Assembly (NCBI RefSeq): GCF_021869535.1
Contig: NW_026262679.1
Location: forward strand, 106,764,001 to 106,828,000
Length of the DNA: 64,000 nucleotides
Direction: 5' to 3'
From: Mytilus californianus
Taxonomy: Eukaryota
Shown here in pieces: positions 29,901 to 43,133 of the stretch. The notes below the pieces were generated by a model. The model saw nothing but the letters and a program-made list of their open reading frames with translations, was not told the origin of the DNA and did no database searches. Numbering within the stretch: the first letter of the stretch is position 1; the number at the start of each line of letters is the position of its first letter. Both the position numbers and the translations under genes were made by a program.

Positions 29901-31726
29901 TCAGTGCTGTGTGTAATTGGGTGCATAATAGAAGTTAAAATGAATATATAAATGAGAATTTGTTGACTTTTTAATGGATCTATAATACTAATAGTATGTA
30001 AAAATGTCTTCAAATATGTGCTTGTTGTCTGATTCTGAATTTTTTAATAGAAAAATGTTTTGAAAATGAATATAAAACTATTTTTATAATTTTTAATTTG
30101 TTATTTCTTGTTTATGAGGGCATATTGATTAAAAATTTTCATTTAAAGAAGACAAGAGTTACTCTTATTTAATAGATTCACCAAAAAAAAAATAGAAGTT
30201 GTTATTCAATAACAATAATAAAATCTGCTAAAGATATTCATTGTATTTATTGAAAAGATAGAGGCAATTCACAATGTTATTGCATAAATCTGTCAATGCC
30301 TTTCAAACTTTTCTTGATATTTATTTTGGTTGCAGGTAGTGACATTTTTTTGTCTATAAAGAGTATTAACGGAAGGATTGCATTGTAATCATCCAAATTC
30401 TTAAGCTCTTTTTGCCAAATATGAGCTTTTTTTATTTAGGGGCCAGCTGAGGACCACCTCCGGGTGCGGGATTTTCTCGCTGCGTTGAAGACCCATTGGT
30501 GGCCTTCGGCTGTTGTCTGCTCTTTGGTCGGGTTGTTGTCTCTTTGACATTTTCCCCATTTCCATTCTAAATTTTATTTTGTTCTTGCTTTGGATTTATT
30601 TGGTATGAATATTTCTTATATCAGAAGACTTGACAGAAAGAAAATTTATCATTTAAAACCAAAAAAGATAATAGGATTTGGGTGAAATTTCTGCCCTAAA
30701 TTTTATAAAACTGAAATAACATTAACTGAGTATATTCTAATTGATTACATTTAAGAACTGTTACATTAGTTGATTTGCTGTTATTGGATGAATTTGTATT
30801 TGATCTTGCTTATTCAATTTTCTGCTATTCAATTATTACATATGTAATACATGTATCATTTTATTTCCCCAATATTATGAAGTTATTATGTTTTCTGGTC
30901 TTTGCATCCATCAATCTGTTTGTTAGTCTGTTGGTTTGTCCATCAAGTATCGGGTAAAGTTTTAGTTAAGGTAGTAAACGTCAAGGCCTGATCACATCAA
31001 CTTTAAACTTAGTACACATGATCATTTTAATTTAGTGTGAACATTTTAAAATATCTGCCAGATTAAGGTTTTGACCTAGAATTTGGATTTCATAGAAGCT
31101 GGTAATGTGAAAGTGTGAGTGGGGCATGGTGTCTTGATGACATATTGTTGTAAATGTGTATAAAAAGGTTGAAATGAAAAATATTTGAAAAAAGAGTTGG
31201 AGATTTTGTGAGCTTTCTGATGTCACAAAATCAGTTCAAACCATTCAAACCAAACTCAACAACTTCATCCATATTAAAGGTATCTACTTCAAATAAATAT
31301 ATTCCATGATGTTGCTGAACAACCAGCATGTACTATAAATAAAACATATATAAGGCTTAACTTGCCCTACATTTTCTGAAACTTATGTAGATTATGAGTC
31401 ACAGTTAGTTAGCCCTTTGGTAGTCCCTTTCAGAATTGCTATGGATACTTCCATATGACAAATCAATATGGCCACCATTACAAATTAAAAAAAATGGCAA
31501 GCTTTACTGTCTCCTTGGAGCCACTAGTTTGATCACCTGGCATGAAATACCAGTGTGAACTTTTGCCATTTCTTCACAATTTGTTATTTATTTAAAAAAT
31601 CGTTTCCTCTTAAAATACTATGACACTTGGAACCAGATTTTTTTACAACCAATAAAGTTGGTATTTAGTTTCAACATTATATCAAAACAACATATGGCCA
31701 TAACACTTAAATAAAACATGGTAAAA

Positions 31727-33146
31727 ACTCATCAAAGATACCAGGTTTATGGTTGATATGCCAGATGCCTGTCATCTACATAAGACTCATCAAAGATACC
31801 AGGTTTATGGTTGATATGCCAGGTGCACAGTCATCTACATAAGACTCATCAAAGATACCAGGTTTATGGTTGATATGCCAGGTGCACAGTCATCTACATA
31901 AGACTCATCAAAGATACCAGGTTTATGGTTGATATGCCAGATGCACAGTCATCTACATAAGACTCATCAAAGATACCAGGTTTATGGTTGATATGCCAGG
32001 TGCACAGTCATCTACATAAGACTCATCAAAGATACCAGGTTTATGGTTGATATGCCAGATACACAGTCATCTACATAAGACTCATCAAAGATACCAGGTT
32101 TATGGTTGATATGCCAGATGCACAGTCATCTACATAAGACTCATCAAAGATACCAAGTTTATGGTTGATATGCCAGATGCACAGTCATCTACATAAGAAT
32201 CATCAAAGATACCAGGTTTATGGTTGATATGCCAGATGCACAATCATCTACATAAGACTCATCAAAGATACCAGGTTTATGGTTGATATGCCAGATGCAC
32301 AGTCATCTACATAAGACTCATCAAAGATACCAGGTTTATGGTTGATATGCCAGATGCACAGTCATCTACATAAGACTCATCAAAGATACCAGGTTTATGG
32401 TTGATATGCCAGGTGCACAGTCATCTACATAAGACTCATCAAAGATACCAGGTTTATGGTTGATATGCCAGGTGCACAGTCATCTACATAAGACTCATCA
32501 AAGATACCAGGTTTATGGTTGATATGCCAGATGCACAGTCATCTACATAAGACTCATCAAAGATACCAGGTTTATGGTTGATATGCCAGGTGCACAGTCA
32601 TCTACATAAGACTCATCAAAGATACCAGGTTTATGGTTGATATGCCAGGTGCACAGTCATCTACATAAGACTCATCAAAGATACCAGGTTTATGGTTGAT
32701 ATGCCAGGTGCACAGTCATCTACATAAGACTCATCAAAGATACCAGGTTTATGGTTGATATGCCAGGTGCACAATCATCTACATAAGACTCATCAAAGAT
32801 ACCAGGTTTATGGTTGATATGCCAGATGCCTGTCATCTACATAAGACTCATCAAAGATACCAGGTTTATGGTTGATATGCCAGATGCCTGTCATCTACAT
32901 AAGACTCATCAAAGATACCAGGTTTATGGTTGATATGCCAGATGCCTGTCATCTACATAAGACTCATCAAAGATACCAGGTTTATGGTTGATATGCCAGA
33001 TGCACAGTCATCTACATAAGAATCATCAAAGATACCAGGTTTATGGTTGATATGCCAGGTGCACAGTCATCTACATAAGAATCATCAAAGATACCAGGTT
33101 TATGGTTGATATGCCAGATGCACAGTCATCTACATAAGACTCATCA
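31727..33146 (+). repeat. 59-bp minisatellite, about 24 copies (some 58-bp variants)
   Basis: Unit actcatcaaagataccaggtttatggttgatatgccag(a/g)tgcacagtcatctacataag; period measured between 31785 and 31844. Confidence 0.97.
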
Positions 33147-33164
33147 GTGGTCCTCTTATCAAAA

Positions 33165-33401
33165 CAGTTGTAGAGCCAAATCAGATCCCAAATAATAATA
33201 GTTTTCTCTACAGTTGTAGAGCCAAATCAGATCCCAAATAATTATAGTTTTCTCTACAGTTGTAGAGCCAAATCAGATCCCAAATAATAATAGTTTTCTC
33301 TACAGTTGTAGAGCCAAATCAGATCCCAAATAATTATAGTTTTCTCTACAGTTGTAGAGCCAAATCAGATCCAAAATAATAATAGTTTTCTCTACAGTTG
33401 T
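33165..33401 (+). repeat. 46-bp minisatellite, 5 copies
   Basis: Unit cagttgtagagccaaatcagatcccaaataat(a/t)atagttttctcta starting at 33165, 33211, 33257, 33303 and 33349. Confidence 0.95.
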
Positions 33402-34321
33402 GGTCTTTTTAAGCTATTGTTTGCCACTTGATGGCAAGCAATTAGTCAGAATTCTTATGCATGCCATCCAAGATAATCATTATTAATATAAACAGAGGGT
33501 ATGCAGGTATAATAAAGCCACATGTTTGCCCCCTTGAATTTAAACATCAACAAGTTTCATTAATCTACCAAGAAGTGTCCCTCAGATATTACAAGACATT
33601 AGTCTGTGGGATATCAGTATTTATTTATTTGCATTAGGGCTTCAAACTATGTGGCATTTACTCCTGAAAAACAGTCTCATTTTGAGTTCATGTCATGAAC
33701 AAAGGCCTTACCCAAAAAGATATTTTTGCTACACAGTGTTTTATTAAAAGATGTTAATGTATCTAATTTGTCCGAAAATTCTGTAGATAGTGGACATTTT
33801 AAGTAAAATATACTAAATTCGACAAAGATTCCCTATTTGATGTTGATTAGGTGACATATGTGGCAGCGATGATTTCGCATAGATTACCATAGGACCGTGT
33901 TGGAATCCCCCATTACTTTTTTTGCTATGAAAAGCATGCATCAATTATAGATTCAGCTGCATTTTATTGCAATACACATTTTTATCTTTTTCTCTTAAAC
34001 TGTAAGGCCAGTCTGGAGCAAAACTTACACAAGGTCATGTGTTTCTCCGACTGTTTATGACGTCTTTACATTCGTTGGATGTGTACTGATTGATACCGTT
34101 TAGTCTAGGAGAAAATGGTTTATTAGTTGTTATTGGCTTTGCGCTAGATTTTATTAACTGCAAGTATTCTTATATCGGTTCTTTGTGCATTTTGTTTTTA
34201 TGTTAGTTATTTTTTTGGTGTTTTTTTTTTGGTGGTGCTTCGTATTGATCTATTGAGTTAAGCCATTTGCAACTGATTTTTACTGTTATTCTTGCGTTGT
34301 ACTGTTCATCACTGTCGCAGG

Positions 34322-36456
34322 CACTACAAAAGTCAAAAAGTCTGAAAAGACCAGTTTTTGTCTGAATTTGCATGAATTTTTACTCGACATTCTTAATTTG
34401 TCTGAATAATTTTTAAAAATTCTTGACATAGTATGAATTTGTCTAATAAGGTTCTTGATTTTTCTTGACAAGTGTCTTGACAGTATGAACATTGTCTTAA
34501 AATTTCTCGACACTTCCTGTGTCATCTGATAAGAGTCTGGATTAGTCTCGACCAATTCTTGACTGTCTTAAATTTGTCTCGATCTGTCTTGACATATTCT
34601 TGACATTCTTAATAATGTCTGAATATGTCTCGACATATTCTTGACATTCTAAATAATGTCTGAATATGTCTCTACACATTCTTGACAGTCTTAAATATGT
34701 CTTGACACTATCTCAACAGTATAAATTTCGCCTGAAATGTGAACTTATTCTGCACTGTTTATGACATTCTATTGCTGTTATATACTCCTTTTTATTATGG
34801 CTAAACTAAACTTTGAAGAATCAAGGAGTAATTTGGTATAGTAAGATACCCTTTTGGTGCAACTAAGTTGGAATACCCTGAATAATCCCCCATGTAGTTT
34901 AATTTTGATTTATTTTTATTAAACATTTAAGTAATTGTTTTCACTTGGAATATAAGTCGAAGGTATTGACAAACAGCATTTAGATTTTTGCCGTTTGAAA
35001 AAACTGCCAGTCAAATTGGCTTTACTAAAATAGGTGTCTTGTATCTCTTTTTGACCCCACAATTCATCTTTTGGGTTTGTGTGGCTAAAAAAAGAGGGGG
35101 GGGGGGCTTTCGCTTAGGTCAAAGAATTTGTTCCCATCTTGATTCAAAACCCTTATTCATTTTTTAGAACAACCCAAAAACATTTTTTATTCAAATTTGA
35201 GTGTTGAATTTTATAATTTTTTATCAAAAATAAATATTTGTGATAACTCCTTCCTGAAAAGAAAAAATTGTTAAGATCTATATTATGCATGTCTGTTTGA
35301 GAACCATTTCATAAGACTGATGATTTCTATAGAAATCATTGATGGGACCCATTATAAATACATTTTTTTTATTATTCCTTGAGTAGATAATAATTTTCTT
35401 TTAATCTTTGGGAATTATTCAATTTGTTTTTATGTTAAAATAATTAACTTCATAATTTTGATGAAGAAAATCCATTTCAATTAAATTTTTTTTCATCAAA
35501 ATGATGATTTTCATTTTCATCTATCAACAAACTTTTTAAATTGTAGTGGCATGGTCGGTCAACTTAGAAGTTGTATGGCTGATTACAGGTAAAGCAATAA
35601 CTTCTATTTGACAGTTGCGTGTACTCTGGGGTGTGGAATACCTTAATTTTATGGGGAACATCCTGTCCATGTGTAATACTTAATATATTCCAACAGATGA
35701 CATTACACAAATTTTTCTTCTGTTAAATGAATGATTTGTATATCATCATAATTTGCTATTTATATAAACCACATTTTGGTATAATAATTATTTACCATAT
35801 CAATTGAATATTATGAATGTAGAATGAAATATGTCTACAGTATGATTGGTTTGAATCATTTAATTTATAAGATTTAGGAATCAAAATTTGTGATTATTTA
35901 AAAACCCACATTGAAATTGTTTTATATCAACACACCCACATTTGAATTATTTTATACTTTAGATTTCATAGCCATATTTGCATTTGTAAAAATATTTATA
36001 TACCCAAATTTTCAATTATTTTACATGCCCAACTTTTATTTTTGTTGTAAAGAAGTGTAACTTGAAACAACAGTATATCATATAAAGAGAAATAAAGATT
36101 AAAGTTATATCATGAATATTGGTCATGATTTGTAAAACTCAGAACTGTCAAGTAAATTTAAGACACGATTCAAAATGTTCAGAATATGTCAAGCCATACT
36201 GAGAAAAAATAAGAATGTCGAGAATATGTCGAGAAATTTCAAGACAGTATTCAAATGTCAAGAATTTGTCAAGAAATTTTAAGAACATATTCAGAATGTC
36301 GAGAATATGTCGAGTAAATTTCATACAAATTTAATATAAATGAGAATTTGTCAAGAAAAATTAAGACACAAGTCATACTTTTGGAGAATGTCGAGTAAAA
36401 GTTCATGCAAATTAAGACAAAAACTGGTCTTTTCAGACTTTTAGACTTTTGTAGTG
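34322..36456. mobile_element. Non-autonomous CACTA (CMC-EnSpm) DNA transposon, 2135 bp, 3-bp TSD AGG
   Basis: Termini CACTACAAAA...TTTTGTAGTG; 71-bp TIR with 3 mismatches (34322-34392 / 36386-36456); AGG at 34319-34321 and 36457-36459; subterminal arrays of tct(t/c)gaca (left) and tgtc(a/g)aga (right). Confidence 0.88.
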
Positions 36457-38196
36457 AGGTTAGGGGATGGTCGTGCTCTCACAAACAAAGTCAACCCTTC
36501 CACATTCATTGTGTACCTGTCCCAAGTCAGAAGCCAATAATTCAGTGGTTGTCGTTGGTTCATGTCTGTCATATTTGTTTTTCGGTCTATCATATTTGTT
36601 TTCCTAGATTGTATTGTTATACGTTAAACAGTTAGTTTAAATAATTGTTCTCATGAAGTATGATTCACAAACATATTTTTAAAAGACAGGGATTCGGAAA
36701 GGATATGATCTATTCAATCTAATTAAAATATAGAACTCGGATATATGTAGTATAACGAAATCCGAGTTCTATATTTCAATTAGATTGTGATCTATTTTAG
36801 TCGGGATTATTATCTCGTGTGGGGTTAGGGATTTTATGCTAATTCAATATGTGTCAGTGTGTGAAAAATGAAATTAACACTTTATAAATGCCGTGCGTCA
36901 CAAGTGCATTTAGTATTTACCCTCATTGGGAACGATCAGTTAAAACATTTGAAAGCCAGGGATGCGTAAATACGCTGCAACGTTAGGAGCTATGAGGAAA
37001 CAGGACCAAATTCGTTTAAGGTCAACTTTTCCTTAGGGAGTTCTTCATTTATGAGCGGATTATTTTAAATAAGTACATGTTATAATCATATCATATCATA
37101 TCATGTAAGCACCGAGTCATGATTTCAGGCTATCTAAGTGTTGATTACAGAAAGAAAAAAAAACATGTGAAAGAAGTTTTACTATAACTACAACATGGAG
37201 GATAGGAGACGTAGAATAGTTGATACCAGACAGTGGCAGTTGTGATGCAACACAAACTTTGCTTCCGAACTTTGACCAATAACAACACCAAAAATCATTT
37301 TGTAATGTGTGTTTTGACCATTGTTTGAATTGATCTCTGTCAAAGTTTTCTAGTATTGTTTGATATAAAATGTCTTGAGCGTACACGAGGAATATGGAGA
37401 AACAATATTTTTGGGTGTTGATGGCAAATATTTGGTTGTTTCTGTTTTTATTCATAACTTTTAAATGTAGAATCGGGACGATTGGGGCTTGACATATTGT
37501 GTGGACACATGTTTATTGTTGAAAACTGTATGGTGCTCTCTATGTTTTTATGCCCCATTTATGACCATTATGTTTTTCGGTCTGTACGTCCGTTCGTCTG
37601 TCCCGCTATGGGTTAAAGTTTTTGGTCAAGGTAGTTTTTAATGAAGTTGAAATCCAATCAACTTAAAACTTGGTACACATGTTCCCTATGATATGATCTG
37701 TCTAATTTTAATACCAAATTAGAGTTTTGACCCCAATTTCACGGTCCACTGAACATAGAAAATGATAGTGCGAGTGGGGCATCCGTGTACTATAGACACA
37801 TTCTTGTTTTTTTTATAGTCGGGTTGCTATATCATTGACGTAAACCCTGTCTTTTTATTCATATATCATAATGCATCAAAAAACGAAGTATATCCCAAAC
37901 CTGTCATGTTGGTCAAACTGTTTTAACTATCATACATTATACAAATCATGTTTTATAATCTCGTGTAGATGTAGTAACTACGGGTACAAAGAAATTGAAC
38001 AAAATCAAAATACTAGAATGAAACCTTTTATAAGCATATTTCATTCACTCTACAGACATAACAATTTAACAATAATTAGCTTTATACAAACACAATGTAG
38101 CACTATCATATATTTTCAGCTGTTTACAATCATATTGTCAATATTTATGAGTTTTTATTGCCACTGTATAGCGAATAATATCAGAGGAATGAAAGT

Positions 38197-39021
38197 CTAG
38201 CCGTGCGATGCCTTGTGACGAAGCATGTTACCAGACTGTGCAAAGGATTTACCACAGAACGAACAGACGTACGGACGCTCACCGGTGTGGATTCTGGAAT
38301 GCTTGGTGAAAGTTGAGAAGTCTGCAAAACTTTTCGGACAGTAGGTACAACTGTATGGCTTCTCCCCAGTATGGATACGGACGTGTGTACGGAGTGTTGA
38401 CTTCTGGGTAAAACGCTTTCCGCAGTAATTGCACTGATGTGGACGCTTGTTCTCCTGGTGAGACTGAAGGTGAACTTTCAAGTTTGGTTTCGAGCTGAAA
38501 ATCTTGTTGCAGTAGGTACATACAATAGGCTCTTTTGGTTTCTGTGTTGACTTGGAACGTGTAGCTGCAGACGACAAGGCTTGCTCCAGTAAGTCGGACA
38601 CACGGTCATAAGCAACTGGTGTAGATGAACATTGCAATGGAGACTGTTCTGGGTTATGAAGTGTAGAGACGGGTTGCTGCAATGATGAAGGACACCTGGT
38701 GTCAAATTCTTCTTGCATGATATCAGAAGCGATGTTGGTCTCGTATGGTTGACGTTCGGAGTAACTATTAATAGCTTTAGAATCGTACAAACAAGAGCTG
38801 AGTTGTGGTTTCTGTTGTTGGTTGTTGCCAATCATGTTGCTGAGCTCTGGAAAGGTACCAAGAATCTGACTAAAGATGGATGACCTGAGTTCATTCTTGT
38901 TGTATGATAGTGGTTTGTTGTCGTCTGTCAATGGCTTTGGTAGTATTGTAGGTTGAACGTATGGTATGTAGGTTGGTGACGGAAAGAACATTCCACTTGG
39001 ATGCAGATACTGGGAGGACAT
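38197..39021 (-). CDS. C2H2 zinc-finger transcription factor with 4 C-terminal fingers, Glass-like; about 274 aa in one coding exon
   Basis: ORF 38197-39102 has four C-x2-C-x12-H-x3-H fingers with TGEKPY/TGERPY linkers. Likely start is MSSQYLHP at 39021, just after a splice acceptor (ttttccattttcag-like tract, exon start 39031). AATAAA on the minus strand at 38154-38159. Confidence 0.85.
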   Translation of the reverse strand: MSSQYLHPSGMFFPSPTYIPYVQPTILPKPLTDDNKPLSYNKNELRSSIFSQILGTFPELSNMIGNNQQQKPQLSSCLYDSKAINSYSERQPYETNIASDIMQEEFDTRCPSSLQQPVSTLHNPEQSPLQCSSTPVAYDRVSDLLEQALSSAATRSKSTQKPKEPIVCTYCNKIFSSKPNLKVHLQSHQENKRPHQCNYCGKRFTQKSTLRTHVRIHTGEKPYSCTYCPKSFADFSTFTKHSRIHTGERPYVCSFCGKSFAQSGNMLRHKASHG

Positions 39022-41657
39022 GTCTGCTGGTCTGAAAATGGATAAAATAAATGTTACAACGCATGCATGTTTATGAAATTTAGACAAATTGATAAATGTC
39101 ATGATTTGTCAAGTTAAAAATATTGTTGGTATAAATTCAACTTATTTCACATCACCAAGTTTATCGACGGCATTTGTAGACTTAAACAATTTAGATCTTG
39201 ACGTATTGTATAGACACGTGCTTAATGTTGAATATGTATGTTGCCCTTTAGATGTCTTTTGGTTATTTTTGTCGTAAGATTGCTTTCTTATTGACGTATA
39301 CCATTCACATTTGTTTCAGTCAACGGTGAACAAAAAAAATGTTCACATTAAGGTTACTAAAAGGCAATTGTGGAACTTATACATTATCAATGTTTTTTTT
39401 TCTTTATATTTTGCGAAATTTAGTCAAAACAGATAGCATACATGTATAACGACTCTTATATGACACCGATTATCACACAGAACGGTCTTTTTGATTTGTT
39501 CATACATTTTAATTTGTATTTGTTGATGTTTGTTAGATCAGTACCAAGTATTTTAATGCACATACCTTTGTTCTTGGACTGGAAATGTCGGGTAATAAAA
39601 TGGCATGTATGGTAGTTCCATATCTGAAAAAAAAACAACAAATAGAATAAATTACAACCAATATGTATTTCAAGAAAGCCTATACAAATATACTTACCAT
39701 AAGATGTTTTTGAGTTTTCGATGGAGTTATAAGTTTAAACGAAACCGAATTAAATTGTAGACATTTTAAACACGCATCCTCCGAGATCAAATTTGGTATG
39801 TAGTCGAGCTTCCATATGTGGTTTTTATTCCAAAATGATATTATCCATATAAAACTTGAATTAAAAAAGTGTAATACATTGTATCTAGGACGTATAACTA
39901 ACAAATATAAGTCCTTGATTGTATCAAAATTCCCATTTTTTTAAATAATCAGCAAACAAATTTTGAGTTATTACACCATTATCATTGTTATAAGGGCTGT
40001 CAGTAAAATGTTAACAGGTTTAATAAATTGCTGATACATTATTTATAAGACATTATTTACTTTCGCTATAAAAGCATATGTATCACTCCCAAACTAACAG
40101 TCATCAACAACTTAGGTATGTAAATAAATTTCAATATATTTTATTTTAGTTATTTTTTAAGAATAGCTATTTCACAACAGTCTGCATTAGTGTAAGAAAG
40201 AAAAATAAAAAAGACAACTTACCTATATGATCTGAGAAATTTGTTTGTAACAGAAACGTTTTTGAGTAACAATTGCTTTCAGTCCGAATGGCTTCCAACT
40301 AATATGTTCAAATTTTGAAAAAATGCAGATTTATTAAATATTTTTCACTTTTTCTGAATAAAACAATTTGCTATTGGTCAATTACTTTCAATTTGTTTTT
40401 ACAAGATACCGTTATGCACCTCCTCCTAGAAGCCACTCTGAGAAATTATTTAACACCTTTTGAGTTGTTTTAATGGTTTCATTATTAATTAACAATGTCT
40501 TTAACACTCTGATCAAAGATGAGCTTTGATCAATCAAAAAGTTCTTTGATGTTTTCGGCGTGGATAGTTTTTGAGTTGTCATAATTTTACATATTATAAT
40601 ATTGTGCAATCCCAATTAAATAATCAAAGAAATTAATTTATTAATAAAATTTTTGAATACACAGAAAATGTAAGAATTGTTGCACCCACGTAGCAAACTA
40701 AGATAGCTTTTTAATAAACGACAACATAATAAACCGTTGGTTAATTTTGTTTAATAAATTACTTTCTTAAACTCATGGGTTTTCAAGAACTTCCACCAAT
40801 AGGAATACTAGAGCAACTGCTTATAATTTTTAGGTTCCAAATGTAAAAGGTATAGAATCTTCTTTCTTTTTCAGTGGTATTAAAAACCTGGAATGTTTTG
40901 CCAGATCATGTAAAAGGTATCATGTGAATTCAAAAATAAAGTTTCAGTTTGAAAGTAAAGATAAACCTAATGAGTAATCTCAGGTCAATGTCAGATGCAG
41001 CTTTTATATTTTATTCGATTGGTTTTTTTTTATACGACTGTTTTAAGCTGAGATTCATAAATACTTTTTATTGCTATAAAATTGAATGAGAATATTTTTT
41101 TTTTATTATGCACACTATAAGGACCCTGGGACTATTATACCAACATATAATATTCCCAGAAGGACCCGGTTGGAAATAAGTTTTTTGCTTTCATGGGTCA
41201 TCCTTGGGTTAAGGCATAAGTTGTACCTAAAGTCACAACCATTACTATATCTTAAGGTTGTATTTAGCTAAGTTTCTATATCTTATTATGTATTTGCATA
41301 TATTGCCTTTAAATATACATTATAATTATTATTAGTTACTTATTCGGACTGCATATATGTTACCACCTAATTTAGATTTCATTCACTGCTTGTTCAAAAT
41401 GTCTCAATAATCTGTAAAGTTTTACTTAGCAAACATACCAATGACCAAAACCAGCTCACAACTAAAAAAACAAGCGACACGTGATTAGTAGGTCAAAGGT
41501 TCAAAACACCAGGAAAGACGCTTCCTAAACTTTCAAAGAAGAAGAAGCTTGTTCACAACAATTTGAGAGAAAAACACAACAAATAGATAAGAGAGAGAAG
41601 AATCAACCAAATATTTTATTTGATGATCTGACATATATATGAAATAAGTTGCAAACC

Positions 41658-42612
41658 GTAGAGACTCTTAAGAGCCTGTGTCGCTCATTTAGGTCTGTGT
41701 TCATCTTCAACAATGAACACTCTCCAACATTGTAGATTAGAAATGACTGAAATCTCTCGTTTGTTGATTTTGTATTGCTGATCATTTTTTCTATTTAATT
41801 TATCTTTATCTTCCATAGTTTTTGCTTAAAACACAAAAAGGGTAAAACAAATCGTCATTTAAGGGCAATAACTCCTATAAGAAGACAAATGTCAATTTCA
41901 TCTACTAGTATGCTGACCTATTTGCAGATCTTGTTGATATTTTTGCTTTTTTATAATAATATTCAAAACAATCATACAAGGAGTCATCTATCGATTTCAG
42001 CAATATTAACATATTTGTAGATCTTATCTTGCTGATTATGTTTGCTTTTAAAGTTTTTATCTATTTATTATAGTTTTCAAGATAATAGGCAAACATGCCA
42101 AAAATGATTAAATCTTCATAAAAGGGCAATAACTCAAATCAGAAGTCAACTGACGAATTCGACACTTTGACTTATTTGTAGATCTTGTGTTGCTGATCAT
42201 TTTTGCATAATTTAAGTTTTTTGAATCTATCATAGCTTTGAAGGTAATAGACAACAATGAAAAATAAAATGGTAAAATTCGTCATTCAAGGGCAGTTTTG
42301 ATATAAATTGACAATATGTAGCTCTACGGATTTTTTTCCTTTGTCAGTTTTTCTCTATCTATAGCGGTTTTCAAGATAATATACAAAACTTGCACTATAC
42401 CCCAATGATTTATTATTAGCGATGTCAGCCATGTTGGTTGGCAGGCGGGTTCATCGAACTATTTTTTTTAAACTAGATACCCTAATGATGATTGTCACCA
42501 TGTTTGGTTAAAGTTGGCCCAGTAGTTTCAGAGGGGAAGATTTTTGTAAAACTTGACGGACGACAAATGAAAAAGGCTGATTTGATTGACCCTTTGGGCC
42601 AGGTGAACTAAC
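41658..42612 (-). mobile_element. HINE/Helentron-like element, same family, reverse orientation
   Basis: gagactcttaagagcctgtgtcgctca (reverse 3' end) at about 41661 and gggccaggtgaact (reverse 5' end) at about 42600. Confidence 0.55.
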
Positions 42613-43133
42613 AAAAATGCTTACAGATGGCAAACACTGCAATTTTGATGGATATGGGCATATTTTGAACACTAATCTCGAAATATGATAGAGACAACAT
42701 TCGAAAAACCATTGGCAAGATTTCGTGTAAATTGGAACTATGCGTTAAATACAAATTAGCTCATTTTGGTTTCAGATTTCCAGCAATGTATTTACATGAA
42801 ACCAAATTACTGTCTTTAAAAGCAATGTGTAGGACTGATAAACATTTATACATCAATTTTATATATAGATGTTTTTAAAAGATTTCTTAGTGACAATTTC
42901 TCTGCTTATTTCAGAACGTGAGAGTTAATGATCATAAACACTTTTTAGTACGAATAAAATCTATAATAGTAATACCAAGCATTTCTAAACCAAGATGAAA
43001 AAAATATATTATCGACACCCTACCTCATAATATAACGCAAATACTACAGTATACATAACAAATGGACCTTCTCCTTTAACGCACACAAATAAAAAAAAAC
43101 AGAGCTCTGCAGTGTTTATTAAACAGACTAACG

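Noticed and set aside
31727-33401. Possible CRISPR-like arrays (59-bp and 46-bp repeats)
   Set aside because: Units are contiguous with no unique spacers, no cas genes are present, and the context is eukaryotic.
34286-36635. Short ORFs within or next to the CACTA element as a transposase
   Set aside because: They translate subterminal repeats or host repeat sequence and show no transposase motifs; the element is non-autonomous.
37117-38200. ORFs of 112 and 109 aa near the zinc-finger gene
   Set aside because: No recognisable domain, no splice-consistent structure, and low-complexity AT-rich composition.
38279-38831. Alternative-frame ORFs overlapping the zinc-finger gene
   Set aside because: Shadow ORFs of a GC-richer coding exon, with no recognisable motifs.
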